Source: the human T2T-CHM13v2.0 reference genome, Homo sapiens
Reading direction: 5' to 3' (one strand)
DNA length: 64,000 bases
Assembly (NCBI RefSeq): GCF_009914755.1
Contig: NC_060934.1
Part shown: piece by piece, positions 15,235-30,581 of the stretch
Numbering within the stretch: position 1 is the first letter of the stretch
Layout of the letters: each line of letters starts with the position of its first letter
The notes under the pieces: model-generated
Told to the model about the DNA's origin: nothing
The model's database searches: none
What the model saw: only the letters and a program-made list of their open reading frames with translations
Program-made: the position numbers and the translations under genes

Positions 15235-16692
15235 GTTATGTCTCTGTGAGGTTTTGGTATCAGAATGATGCTGGCCTCCTAGAATGAGTTATGAAGGAAT
15301 CCCTCCTTTTCGATTTTTTGTAATAGTTTCAGTAGGATTTGGTACCAGCTCTTCTTTATACATCTGGTAGAATTTAGCTGTGAATCCATCTGGTCCAGCA
15401 GTTTTTCTGTTTGGTAGGTTTTTTTTTTTTTTACTTACTGATTGAATTTCAGAACTCATTATTAGTCTGTTCAGGGATTCAGTTTCTTCCTGGTTCTATC
15501 TTGGGGCGGCGGGGGGTGGGTGTTGTATGTTTCCAGGAATTTATCTATTTCTTCTAGCTTTTCTAGTTTGTGTGCATAGAGGTGTTCATAATAGTCTCTG
15601 AGGATTTTTTTTTTATTTCTGTGGGGTCAATGGTAATGTCACCTTTGTCATTTCTAATTGTGTTTATTTGGATCTTTTATTAATCTAGCCAGTGGTCTAT
15701 CAATCTTATTTATTCTTTCAAAACCCCAACTTTTGGGTTCACTGATCTTTTGTATGGTTTTTCACATCTGAATTTAGTTCAGCTCTGATTTTGGTTTTTT
15801 TCTTCTGCTAGCTTTGGGGTTAGTTTGCTCTTGCTTTTCTAGTTCCTCTAGTTGTGATATTAGGTTGTTAATTTGATACCTTTCTGACTTTTTGATGTAG
15901 GCATTTAGTGATGAAGGCACTGTACTTCTCTCTCAACACTGCTTTAGCTGTGTCCCAGAGATTCTGATATGTTATATCTCTGTTTTCATTCATTTCAGAT
16001 AATTTCTTGATGGCTGCCTTAATTTCATTGTTTACCTAAAAGTCATTCAGGAGCAGATTGTTTAATTTCCATGTAATTGTGTGGTTTTCAGCAGTTTCTT
16101 AATATTGATTTCTATTTTTATTTTGCTGTGGTCTGAGAGTATGGTTGGTATGATTTCAGTTAGAATTTATTGAGAATTGCTTTGTGGCCAAGTGTGTGGT
16201 CTGTGCCATGTGCGGATGAGAACGATGTATGTTCTGTTGTTGTTGGCGGTAGTGTTCTGCAAATGTCTGTTAGGTCCATTTGGTCCAGTGTTGAGTTTGG
16301 GTGCCAAATATCTTTTTTAGTTTCCTGCCTCGGTGATCTGTCTGATGCTGTCAGTGGGGTGTTCAAGTCTCCCACACTTACTGTGTAGTTATCTAAGTCC
16401 CTTCATAGGTTCCTAAAAATTGTTTATGAATATGGGTGCTCCAATGTCAGGTGCATATATATTTAGGATAGTCAAGTCTTCTTGTTTAATTGAACCCTTT
16501 GCCATTATGTAATTCCCTTCTTTGTCTTTTTGATCATTGTTCCTTTAAAGTCTGTTTTTTCTGAAATAAGAAAAGCAACACCGGCTTTCTTTTTTTTTTT
16601 TTTTTTTCCTGTTTGCTTGAGAGATCTTTCTCCATCCCTTTACTTTGAGCCTATGGATGTCATTGCATGTGAGATGGGTCTCTTGAAGACAG
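15235..16692 (-). mobile_element. L1 (older L1P) internal fragment, ORF2 endonuclease/linker region
   Basis: Minus-strand ORFs 16160..16375 (GDLNTPLTASDRS...DLTDICRTL) and 16545..16769 (CLQETHLTCNDIHRLKVKGW) are degenerate ORF2 EN. Confidence 0.9.
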
Positions 16693-16832
16693 AATACCTG
16701 AAACACTCCTATGCACTTTCCAAGGTGCTGCTGAAGTGTAATGTGTTTGAAAAGCCCTTCTGGATGCACTTAGAGAGAATTAATTATTCCTTCCCCAGAG
16801 CACTCATAGACCTTTGTACGTGCTCCTGCTAT

Positions 16833-17149
16833 AGTTCCTTTTCACACGTGCTATGCTGAAATGCATCTTCTGCTAGAATGAGAAATCAACAAGAGTAGGA
16901 ACTGTTTCTTAATTGTCTCAATATCCTCAGAGCCTACCTACACAGCAGATATTCAATAAATGTTAATAAGATGACTACTGAAAAGATGACTACCTACCTA
17001 CACAGTTCCTTTTCACACGTGCTATGCTGAAATGCATCTTCTGCTAGAATGAGAAATCAACAAGAGTAGGAACTGTTTCTTAATTGTCTCAATATCCTCA
17101 GAGCCTACCTACACAGCAGATATTCAATAAATGTTAATAAGATGACTAC
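16833..17149. repeat. Perfect 146-bp direct duplication with 25-bp spacer (unit is an L2 3'-end remnant)
   Basis: 16833-16978 identical to 17004-17149 by direct comparison. Confidence 0.95.
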
Positions 17150-17156
17150 CGTACTA

Positions 17157-17175
17157 CCACCACTAGAGGGCAATG
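17157..17175 (+). promoter_or_regulatory. Candidate CTCF binding motif
   Basis: CCACTAGAGGGCA (17160-17172) matches the CTCF core CCASYAGRKGGCR. Confidence 0.5.
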
Positions 17176-17747
17176 TAACCGAGATTACTATACACCACAG
17201 GTGCAGTTCCAGATGAATAACGAAAGTAACTTTTTAAAAAATAACATATTTCTCACATATTCTTTGTATTTTTCCATGCATTTTAGTCAATTCGGTATTT
17301 AAGTTTGAGGAAACATTCAACAAATGTAAAAAGAACACTTGAAACAGAGGCTAAGTGCCAGAGTGCTAAAGAGCATAAGGATTAATTGCCTGGCCTGGAG
17401 AGAAAAAACTACAAAATACAAATGGGATTGGAGATGGGATTCATCTCAGACAGAAAGCAGCTATCCTAATAAATTAGTGCTGTATGTTCTCACATTCTCA
17501 GAATGCTCCATCCTCCACGTTAACCACAAGGTGGAATTAAGCATCATTGTATCTAACAAAGAAATGAATTACAAGGAAATAAACATTTATGAGTGCTTGT
17601 AATTCAGTAGAATACAAATCGAGTGTAACTTTCAATTTAAGAAGTTTCTGTATATTTATTTCTGGAACATAGCAATTCTACAGCTGGCTTTCCTTCTGTT
17701 TAGATTTCAGACCAGTGATGAAACAAGAATTCAAGGAGCAAGTTTCT

Positions 17748-18059
<312 letters not shown>

Positions 18060-19219
18060 TGATGTGACATTTCTTCTGTACAATGTAAATAAACTTTAGA
18101 GGAAACTCCACTCAGTGCCATTTCCAGGGCAACAGATGACACCTCCTCTGTGAAACTTTTCCCCACCTTTCCAGCTACAAAAAAGCTCTCCACCAGTTTT
18201 GCTCCCATAGTTCTTTATTTGTACCCCCCAGTAGTACCCTTCACATTCTACCTTGTATTGCATTTACCTGGGTTCATGCCTTAGCTCCCCTCCTAGACTG
18301 GAAATCCTGGAGGATCTGGGCATGTCTGTTCATCCTCATAACCCAGAGTGTCTATTAATATCTCACATCATAGATGTTTGCTAAGTTTGGTTTAATTAAA
18401 CTAAATGGAATGGAGTTTGTGTTCCAGTAACTGTGGCTCTGAAGCCTGCTTTTTTTAGTCTGTTTTCACTTTTTCTTCCCACAGTTGATTTATCAGCAGC
18501 ACCCATCAGTTTCGAATGTGGACAGATTCATTTTGATTAAACGGCTTTCTATCACAAACATTTAGAACCAGTACCACAATTTAGCTAACAGTTACATATT
18601 TATTACTTAACCTCACTTGGCTTCAGTTTCCTCATCTGGATTTTTAGAAGGGGGAATGGACAAAATGTTTTTCAAAAAAAACACAAATTAATAACTAATG
18701 TCCCTTTTGTTATTTTTTCCTACCCATGAAGCCTATGTTTTGAATGATTTGGCCAATCTAACTGCATTTACACATTCAAAGTTTATTATTATCTCTTTAA
18801 TGAATTCAAGCATAAGTAATTGTTAACAGTTGAATAATGTGTTTTTATCATACTGATGATATAATTTTGGCCCTAATTATGTATTTGTTTATTGAATGCC
18901 TACTGGGTATCAGGTTCTGTTCTTGACATTAAGGATAACTGTGAACAGAAGAGTCAACATCCCTGCCCAAGTGGTGCTTACATTCTAGTGAGGGTAAAAA
19001 CAAAGAAACTTGATTATCATCTATCAAGGTTAAGTAGGTCTGTACAGCACTATTTGATTAATAATTGTGTGACTTAATTTAGGCTTTTTAGAGCTTTGAA
19101 ATAGCTTGGGTTTCACACTGTCTACTGTGTCTAGGGTCCTTCTTTGTCAAGGACACCAGTGGTTAGAAGCTCTCTGAGATCCCTTCTACCGTGAATGTTT
19201 TGCTCATAATTTTCCTGAC

Positions 19220-19809
19220 TATATTAGTTTTCTATTATGGTGTCAAAAATCACAAATTAAGTAGATTAATTAAAAAAAAACATTCATGATCTCATAGTTC
19301 TGTGGGTCAGGAGTAGGCTTCACCGGTTTCTCTACTTAGGGGCTCACAAGGCTGAGGCCCAGGTGTGGGCCATCTGGGCTTTTATCTGGAGGCTCTACAG
19401 AGAACCCACTTATAAGCTCATTCAGGTTGTTGGCAGTATCCAGTTCCTTGCAGTTGTGGGGCTGAGATCCCTGTTTCCTGACTGGCAGTCAGCCAGGGGC
19501 CTCTCTTTTAGCTCCTTAGGGCCACTTACATTCTCAGATAGCTCTCTCTGTCATCAAAGCCAGCAATGGCACAGGGAGCCTTTCTCACACTAAGAATCTC
19601 TCTGACTTCTGCTGGCAGCATCAGAAAGCATTCCTGTTTTCAGGGCCTATCTGATTAGATGAGGCCCACCTGGATATTCTCCCTATCTTAAGGTTAACTA
19701 TGCCATATAATACAACACCATCACAGGACTGAATCTCATCACATGCAGAGGGTCTGGGTAGTTGGATATAACATCTTGGGGGATGATTTTAGAAATTCTG
19801 CCTACTGTA
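19220..19809 (-). mobile_element. MLT1 MaLR LTR
   Basis: ctcatagttctgtgggtcagga...tcacaaggctga...attcaggttgttggcag...cagttccttgcagttgt...aattctgcctac. Confidence 0.8.
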
Positions 19810-19930
19810 CTGACCAGTGGAATTTTTCCCTCAAACAGTCATGAAGAGACTCATTGCCACAGATAAGGGTTTTAGAATCATATAACATTATTTTATTTAA
19901 TGGAATGAAGGTCTTTTAAAAGGGCAGGTT

Positions 19931-20558
<628 letters not shown>

Positions 20559-23500
20559 CTTTATGAGACTATTTTAAGATTATTTTAATCCCTTTTCCTT
20601 TGTGTCTTTTCCTTATAAAACATCATCTCTTTAGGAAGGTAAAAGGTTAATCACAGATATAATGAGCAGCTTCAAGTAAATGAATATTAATTCAATTCAC
20701 ATTAATAATATTCATGAACTGTCATTCATAAAATCTTTTTATGCCTAATCCTTTAAGATACAGGTTAATAAACAATACATTTTGGGGGTCCATTTTTAAC
20801 TGGCATTCATTAAATTTTAATATTTAACTATTACATCAACAGAATGTAGATCAATAGAATGAGCTGACATCTGAAAGGGTAAAATGATGATAATTGTGCC
20901 TATCAAATTTTATGCAGCATTTTCACTTGTGTGGAGTTGAAGAGTAAAGGAACTTAGTTTTGTTTACATTTTCTAATCTGAGTATTGACAATTTGAGATG
21001 ACAGTTCAATTTTCACTAAGTAATGATTACTTAGAGCCCATTTTCTCCACTTCAACAGATAAAAAATATATAATTGGTGTCACTGTGGCTGCAATCAAAT
21101 CATGTCTTATGATAGAAAAGCAGAAAATGTAGGATTTTTTTCAAAAGCATTTATCTCTGGCAGATGTACTACGGACAAATGACTCAATCCATCAACATAC
21201 AATTCATTAAATATAATTTAGTTAAATGTTTTAACTAACCTATGTGTTCTCCTTAAAAGTCTTCAAAACTAAGATTATGAAGTAAACACCACTACTCTCT
21301 GAAAATAATTCTGGCCAAATATATTAGACTAGATCTACCACCGTCTACTTCAGAATCACCTGGAGTAGATTATTAAAAATTAGGATTTCTGGGCCCACTC
21401 CCAAAGTTGCCATACCAGCTAGGGCTTATTTTGTTGCAAGTAACAACAACAATAATAACAAAACTCAAACTCTTTCTTCAAAGAAAGAGGACTTAATGAG
21501 TCAAAGGGGTTCAGTAGCTCATCAATATCATCACACATCTGGTTCCTTTTGTCTCTTCCTCTCTGCCCTCCATGGCATCAGCTTCATTCTGAAGAGAACT
21601 ATCCCCAATTCCCTGGGAACTTGCTTCCTCCACCACATCTTGGAAGAGAGAAGAGCTCGTTCCTCCAAGTTCTCTATGTAAGGAAGCAACCTGCCTTAAA
21701 AGTTGCAGGAAAAACACTTCACATCTTGCTAAGCTGAATTAGGTCAAGTTCCCATTCCTGAGCGAATCACTCAAGAGACGTACTTGCACAGATTTACTTT
21801 GAGCCATGTGCCTTCTTAAAAGCAGACATGGAGACATCTTCTCCTAAAGCACATTGGGTGGGAATTGGGGGATGTGTATGCACCAAGAGATGGAGAAATT
21901 GACGATGGGAAGACATCACAAAGCCCATATTTCTCAGACTCTACATTCACACAAACAGTACATGACATTTCAGGGAGCACCCTTCTCATAGAATACAATG
22001 TGAAGGCCACCCTCTCCCTTATCCTCCCTTGGTAATTTCTCAACTTGACAGCCCTAGTCTCTGGGTGAAGTCTAAAAGTAGAAATTTTAATAAGCTACCC
22101 AAGTGAGTCTGCTGCACACAAAAGTTTGAGGACCACTGCACTGTACTGTAATACTTCTTAAGGATAGTTTCATTAATTCTTATATCCTAGGAACCAAGTC
22201 AAATATGTGGCCTACTATACAGTAAGTGATCAATAATGTTAGTCAATTAGTGATTAATTTATTGCTTTTGCCCATTAGAAAAATTTGGTCAGGAAAACCT
22301 TCTAAAAGTAAAACTTTCAGTGGCACAATATCTACAGTGGGAAATAGCAGAGGACACTGACCTTCAGCCTGGCTTTTCTGGGCTTATAGACAAATGTCTC
22401 ATCAGCAGCAATGAACAAAAGAATCTAACAATATAAATTGTTACGGACATCACCAAGAATTCAGATTTCTCCTTAGAAATGTGTTTCCAAAAGAGGTTTA
22501 TAATCAGTATAAATTACAAAAGCATCTAAGTTTCAAGATCATCATGGAACTTCTGGACTTTCACTATGAGCTTCTTTACTAATATATTAATACCTCTATA
22601 TTGGTAGCAATTTTTTAAAAATAGGTATTTTAGTGCCATTTAGCATTCTGTGACTAAGAAAATTTCCTTCACAGTGAACGGAAGGGTCAAAGATAGGAAA
22701 TAGCGGTCCATGATCATTAGAATGCATTAGCATAGACCATGAAGCCAGGAACTCCTTGACATCCTGGAAGGTGTCCTCATGTGGGCAATCCTCTACCACA
22801 GGATCCTGTTATCCTGTGGCTGATGAAATAACTCAGTGCATCAGCCTCCTTTGAAGAAAAATATAATAGAAATGGAGTAGCCCCAGAAAGGCCTAAAGTA
22901 CCTCCTTTTTTTGTGGAGATTTACCATGTGAGTGCATCTCATGAATATCAATGCCTCTGCCCAAATAGTGATACTGGAAACCAATCTCATATTTGCCTGC
23001 TCTTTAAAAAGTAAACTCCAGAGTTGCATCAGTAAGATGGTGGAATAGGAGCTTCCGTCACTAGTTTCCTCACAGAAACATCAATCTGAACAACCATCCA
23101 TACATGAGAATACCTTCACAGTAGCTGGAAAATCTAGTTGAGAGATTATGGCACATGGTGGAGCATAGAGATGGGGAAGGATGCACTGGAGAGAGTAGAA
23201 AGGACAGTTTCACATTACCTATATCACTCCACCCCCAAGTAGTAGTAGCCTGAGTAGTGTAGTATGGACAGAAAGGCCCTCTGTGAGTGGGGAAGGAGAG
23301 TGCAATGAGCATCAAATGTCACTGCAAACCCCAGCACCAGGCCTGCCTCAGTGTACACTAGGGCTACACTGGCCCCCTGAGACTCTGAGGACCCAGGCTC
23401 CAAGCCCACCCCAGCCACAGGCCAGCCTCTACAGACTCAGAATCAAGGCCTGCCTCAGTGCCAGTTCAGCCCCCATTAACATAGGCTTCAGGCCAGCCCC

Positions 23501-25245
23501 TACAAGCCTAGACTCCAGGCCTGCCCTCCTGGACCCAAGCTCTAGGCCCATCCTCCCAGATCTAGTCACTAGGTTCACTCCAGTAGACTCTAGTACCAGT
23601 ACCAGGCCAGTCTCCATGGATTGAGGCACCAGGCCCATCCACCCATGGAAAGCGTCACCAGTTCAGACCACTCAGGGACTCTAGTATGAAGCCCACCAAT
23701 AGACCCTTTCAGTCAGCCCACCCAGAATCTGTGGATGGGCTGACTGGTGAAGTACTTTCCTTGCTGAAGCCAGTCTGTAAAGACTGAAAGACATGCCTAC
23801 TTCTTCAAATGCCAGACACCAAAGCAAGGCCAAAAAGATCAAGAAAACATACAACACTAAAGGAACAAAATAAAGTATCAGTTACTGATCCTAAACAAAT
23901 AGAAATCTACAAACTGCCTGACAATTAATTCAAAATAATTGTCTTAAAGAGGCTCAGTGAGCTGCAAAAGAATGCAGATAGATAACGAAACAAAATCAGG
24001 AAAACAATTCATGAACAAAATTAGAAGTTCAACAAAGAGATTGAAGCCACACCAAAATAAACCCAACAGAAAATCTGGAGCTGAGAAACATTATCCAATT
24101 GAAAAATTCTATAGAAAGTTTCAACAAGCTGGCAAAATCAAGCATAAGAAAGAATCAGTGAGCTCAACAACAGGCTACTTGCAATTATCCAGTCAGAGGA
24201 ACAACAACAACAAAAGAATGAAAAGAGTCTACAGGACTTATGGGACACCATCAAGCAAACCAATATATGCACTATGAGAGACTCAAATAGAAGCAGAGAA
24301 AGAGAGAAGAAAGCTTAAAGAAATAATGACAGAAGACTTCCCAAATATGTGGATGAAATGAACCTCCAGCTTTACAAAGCCCAAAGAACTTTAAATAGAT
24401 TAAACATAAAGAGATATTCATTGAGACACCTTATAATCAAACTGTCAAGAATCAAAGAATTTTGAAAGCAGCAAAAGAAAAGCAATTTGTCACATAAAAG
24501 GGATTTCAGTGGATCAGGCTAATAGTGGATTTCTCAGCAAAGACCTCATATGCCAGAAGAGAGTGAGATCATATTGCTAAGTACTGAAAGAATAAGATGA
24601 GTAAGATTTCCAACCGGAAATACTACACCTGGCAAAGCTGTCCTTCAGAAATGAAGGAGAGATAAAGACAAACAAAAGCTGAGGGATTTTCTTCCTACTA
24701 CACTTGCCTTATAAGCGATGCTAAAGAAAATCTTCAAGCAGAAATGAAAGGATGTTCATTAGTAACATTAAAATATACAAAAGTAAAAAATTCATTGTAA
24801 AGATAATAATATAGTCAAATTCGGAATACTGTAATACTGTAATGGGGTGGTGTGTATATCACTTTTAACTCTAGTATAAAAGTCAAAGGACAAAAGTATT
24901 AAAAATAACTATAGCTACAATAATTTTCTAATAGACATACAATGTAAAAAAGATGTAAATTGTGGCATCAATAACAAATTATGAGCAGGGGAGAGAGAAA
25001 GTGTAGAGTTTTTGCATGCAAAGTTAAGCTCTTGCTGGCTTAAAGTAGACTGTTATAACTATAAGATGTCTTGTGCAAGCTTCATGGTAATCACAAGGAA
25101 AAAAACCTGTAGTAGTTGCACAAAAGAGAAAGATATTAAAGCACATCACTATACAAAACCATCAAATCACAAAACGAGACAGCAAGAGAGAATGAAAAAA
25201 AACAAAGGAACTAAAAAACAGAAAAGAATTCATGAAATGGCAGTA

Positions 25246-25481
25246 TAGGTTGAGTATTCCTTATGTGAAATTCTTGGGACTAGAGGTACTTTAGACTTTT
25301 TTTTTTTTTGGATTTTAGAATATTTGCATTATACATACCAGCTCAGAATCTTTAATTTGAAAATCCCAAATCCAAAATGCTCCACTGAGCATTTCCTTGG
25401 AGCATCATGTCATCCTTCAAAAAGTTTCAAGTTTTGGAGTATTCTGGATCTTGAATTTTCAGATTAGGGATACTCAACCTG
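25246..25481. mobile_element. Tigger4a/MER46A MITE nested in L1
   Basis: TIRs (T)AGGTTGAGTATTCCTTAT ... ATTAGGGATACTCAACCTG, TA on both sides, 236 bp. Confidence 0.9.
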
Positions 25482-27512
25482 TAGTAAGTCCTTATCTATC
25501 AATAACTCTTTAATTTTAAATGGATTAAATTCTCCAACCAAAAGACATAGATGGCTGAATGAATAATTTTATAAAACAAACACAAGATCCAACTATATGC
25601 TGCCCACAATAGACTCACATTAGGTTTATGGACAACACATATACTGAAAGTGAAGAGCTGGAAAAAGATATACCACGCAAATAGTAACTTAAAGGGAGCC
25701 AGGGTAGCTATACTTATGTCTGACAAAATAAACTATAGGTCAAAAACTGTAACAAGACAAACAAGGTCATTATATAATGAAAAAGGAGTCAATTCATCAA
25801 GAGAATATAACAATTATATATAAGTGCTTAGCATCAGAGCATCTAAATGTAAATAAAGCAAAATATTAATACACCTGAAGGAAGAAACATATAACAATTT
25901 GATAATAGTAGATTATTTCAGTACCCCACTTTCAACAATGCATAGATCATCTGTACAGAAAATCACTAAGGAAACAGAGGGCTTGAACAACACTACAGAC
26001 CAAATGGGCCTAACAGACATATACAGAATATTCCATCCAACAGCAGTAGAATGCATATTCTTTGCAAGTGCATGTTCTGTGAACATTCTCCAAAATAGAT
26101 AAGTAAGTCTTAACAAATATAAGATTTAAATTATCTTTTGCAACCACAATGGTATAAAACTAAAAATCAATACCAGGAAAACAATTGAAAAATTCATAAA
26201 TATGTGGAAATTAGCATATTCTGAAACAACCAATGATTCAAAGAAGAAATTCTTTAAAATGTTAGAAGTAAATCTTGAGATGAAAATAGAAACACAATAT
26301 ACCAAACTTATAATGAAAGCAGTTCTAAGAGGGAAGTTTGTCGTGCTGACTGCCTATATTAAGAAAAAAAAAAAGAGATCTCAAACAATTTAACCTTAAA
26401 CTTCAAGGAACTAGAAAGAAGAACAAACTATACAACAGTTAACAGAAGGAAAGAAATAACAAAGATACAAACAGAAATAAATAAGAGACAAACATTTTTT
26501 TAAAATAATGAAATTGAGTTGGCTTTTTGAAAAGATAAAATTGACAAATCTAATGAAGAAGAGACTCAAATAAATAAAATCACAAATGAAAGAGTAAACA
26601 TTACACTGATAGTACAGAAATACAAAGGATCATAAGAGACTAAAATGAACAATTCTATATCAACAAATTGGGTAACCTAGAAGAAATGAATAAATTTCTA
26701 GAAACATACAACCTAATAAGACTGAAGACATGAAGAAATAGGAAATGCGAACAGACCAATAATGGGTGAGGAGATTGAATAGGCAACCAAAAACCTCCCA
26801 ACAAAAGAAGCCCCAGAACCTGATGGCTTCATTGGTAAATTCTATCAAATTTTTACAGAATAATTAACATAAATTTTTCTCAAACTTTTCTGAAAAATTG
26901 AAGAGGAGGGAACACTTCCAGATTCATTTTATGGTCTTCATTACCCTGAAGACAAAGCCAGATAAGGATTCTACAAGAAAAATATAGACCAATATCCCTG
27001 ATGAACATAGATACAAAAATTCCTCAACAAAATACTAGCAAATGAACTTCAACAGCATATTAATGGTACCATACATCATGATCAAATGGGATTTATCCCT
27101 GGGATGCAAGGATCATTCAACATATGCAAATCAATAAATGTGATATACCACATTAACAGAATGAGGAATAGAAATCATATGATCATCTCAATAGATGCAG
27201 AAAAAGCATTTGACCAAATTCAAATCCTTTTATGATAAGAACTCTCAACAAATTAGGTATAGAAAGAATGTACCTCAACCTAATAAAGGCCATATTACAC
27301 ACCCACAGCTAACATCATACTTAATGGTGAAAAGCTAAAAGCTTTTCCTGTAAGATCAGGAACAAGACAGAGATGCCCACTGTCACCATTTCTATTCAGC
27401 ATAGTACTGGAAGTCCTGATCAGAGCAATTACACAAGATGAAGACAAAATTCATCAAATAGGAAAGGAAGAAGTAAAATTTTCTCTGTTTGGAGGTAGCA
27501 TGATCTTATATA

Positions 27513-27741
27513 CAGATGCTCCTAAACTTATGGTTACATCCCAATAAACCCATGGTAAGTTGAAAATATTCTAAGTTGGAATGCATCAAGTTATGTGCCA
27601 ACAAATCAATCAAAAGGTTGAAAAATCATAAGATGAACCATCATAATTCATAAACTCCTCTATTTACAATGGGATTATATCTTAATAAATTCATTGTAAA
27701 GTCAAAAATTAATAAGTAATACCATCATAAGGTATGGTGTG
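27513..27741. mobile_element. MER47-like Tigger MITE nested in L1 ORF2
   Basis: TA-CAGATGCTCCTAAACTTA..GGTTACATCCCAATAAACCCAT..TAAGTTGAAAATAT. Confidence 0.75.
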
Positions 27742-28456
27742 TATAGTAAATTCTAAAGACTCCACAAAAAATCTTAGAACTAATAAATTTAGTAAAGTTG
27801 CAGGATACAAAATAAACATACAAAATTATTAGTCTGTAGACTAACAATTAACTATTTAAAAAATAAATTTAGAAAACAATACCATTTACAATACCATTCA
27901 AAAACAACAAAATTCTTAGGAAGAAATTTAACCAAGGAGGTGAAAATTTTGTACAGTGAAAACTATAAAACACTGATAAAAGAAATTGAAGAAGACACAC
28001 ATAAATGAAAAGATATCCTATGTTGATGAATTGGAAGAATTAACATTGTTAAAATGTCCACACTATCCATGGCAATCTACAGATTCAATATAATTTCAAT
28101 CAAAATTCCAATGGCATTTTTTACATAAATAGAAAAAGCAATCCTAAAATTCACATGAAATCACAAAAGACCAAAATAGCCAGTGATCTTGATCAAGGAG
28201 AGCAAAGCTGGAGGCATCACACTACCTGATTTCAAAATATACTACAAAGCTGTAGTAAATTGAAACAGTATGATACTGGCATAAAAACATTCATATACAC
28301 CAATCAAACAGAATAGACACTTCAGAAATAATTCCACTCATTTAAAGTCAATTGTTCTTTGACAAAGATGCCAGGGACACACAATGAGAAAAAGTTAATC
28401 TATTCAATAAATGGTGCTGAGAAAACTGTATATTCACATGCAGAAGAATAAAATTA

Positions 28457-28777
<321 letters not shown>

Positions 28778-29286
28778 CTAACCTCATATCATCTATAAAA
28801 ATCAGGTCAGAATGGATTAAAGACTTAAATGTGAGACCTGAAATTGTAAAACTACTAGAAGAAAATACAGGCGAAAATCTTGAAATAGGTCTTGAAAGGA
28901 ATTTTTTGGATATTACTCCAAAAGTATAAGAAACAAAAGCAAGTATAGATAAATGAGATTGCATCAAACTAAAAAGCTTCTGCATAGCAAAGGAAACAAT
29001 CAACAGAGTGAAGAGACAACCTATGGAGTAGGAAAAATTATTTACAAGCCATACATCTAATAAGGGGTTAATATACAAAATACATAAGGAATTCAAACAA
29101 CTCAATAGCAAGAAGACAAATAACCTGATTTAAAAATGAGCAAAGGCTCTGAAAAGACATTTCTCAAAACAAGACACACAAATGTCCAGTTATATTAAAA
29201 AATGCTCACATCTCTAATCATCAGAGAAATGCAAATCAAAAACCACAATGAGATATCGGCTCACACCCATTAGAACGGCTATCATT

Positions 29287-29812
<526 letters not shown>

Positions 29813-29895
29813 TCATGTTCATGGCAGCATTATTTACAATAGCCAAGACATGCAATCAACCTATGTGTCCAGGGATGAATGAATGGATAAAGACA

Positions 29896-29897
<2 letters not shown>

Positions 29898-29941
<44 letters not shown>
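29898..29941. repeat. (CA)n microsatellite
   Basis: ~22 uninterrupted CA units. Confidence 0.95.
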
Positions 29942-29943
<2 letters not shown>

Positions 29944-30202
29944 AATGTCATTCAGCCTTTAAAAAGAAGGAAATCCTGTCAGTTGGGACAACACGGATGA
30001 AACTAAAGGATATTATGCTAAGTAAAATAAGCTAAGCACAAAGAGACAAATACTGCATGATCCTCACTTATATATGGAATCTAAAAATGTTAAACTCATA
30101 GAAGCAGAGAGTAGAAAGGGTGGTTTCCGTGGCCTGGGAGGCAGGAAAAATGGGGAGATGTTGGTTAAAAAGTAGAAAGTTTCAGTTATGCAGGACAAAT
30201 AA

Positions 30203-30581
30203 TGCCTTTGGTTTTGTGTTGTTATCACAGAATACTACAGACTGGGTAATTTATAAAGAACAGAAATGTATTGGCTAAAAGTTCTGGTGCCAGCATCTGG
30301 TGAGAGTTTTCTTGCTGAGTCACTCCATTACAGAAGACAGAAGGGTGAGAAAGAGTGAGAAAGAGGCAAAAGAAGCCTAAACTGAATCTTCCATAAGGAA
30401 ACGCACTCTCATGATAGCAAACCCACTCCTGCAATAACAAATACACTCTTGCGATAACAGCATCAATCCATACATGAAGACAGAGCCCTCATGGCCTACT
30501 CACCTCTTAAAAGTCTCATTGCTACAATGGTGAGTCGGTTTCTAGCATATGAACTCTTAGGGGCACATTCGAACCATAGCA
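30203..30581 (-). mobile_element. MaLR solo LTR (MST family) nested in L1 3' UTR
   Basis: agactgggtaatttataaagaacagaaat...cagagccctcatggcct...cacctcttaaa...aaccatagca; L1 3' UTR resumes after it. Confidence 0.85.

Noticed and set aside
16833-17149. CRISPR-like or other prokaryotic repeat-spacer system
   Set aside because: Only two long copies, in a primate genomic context with no cas or other microbial genes anywhere in the window.
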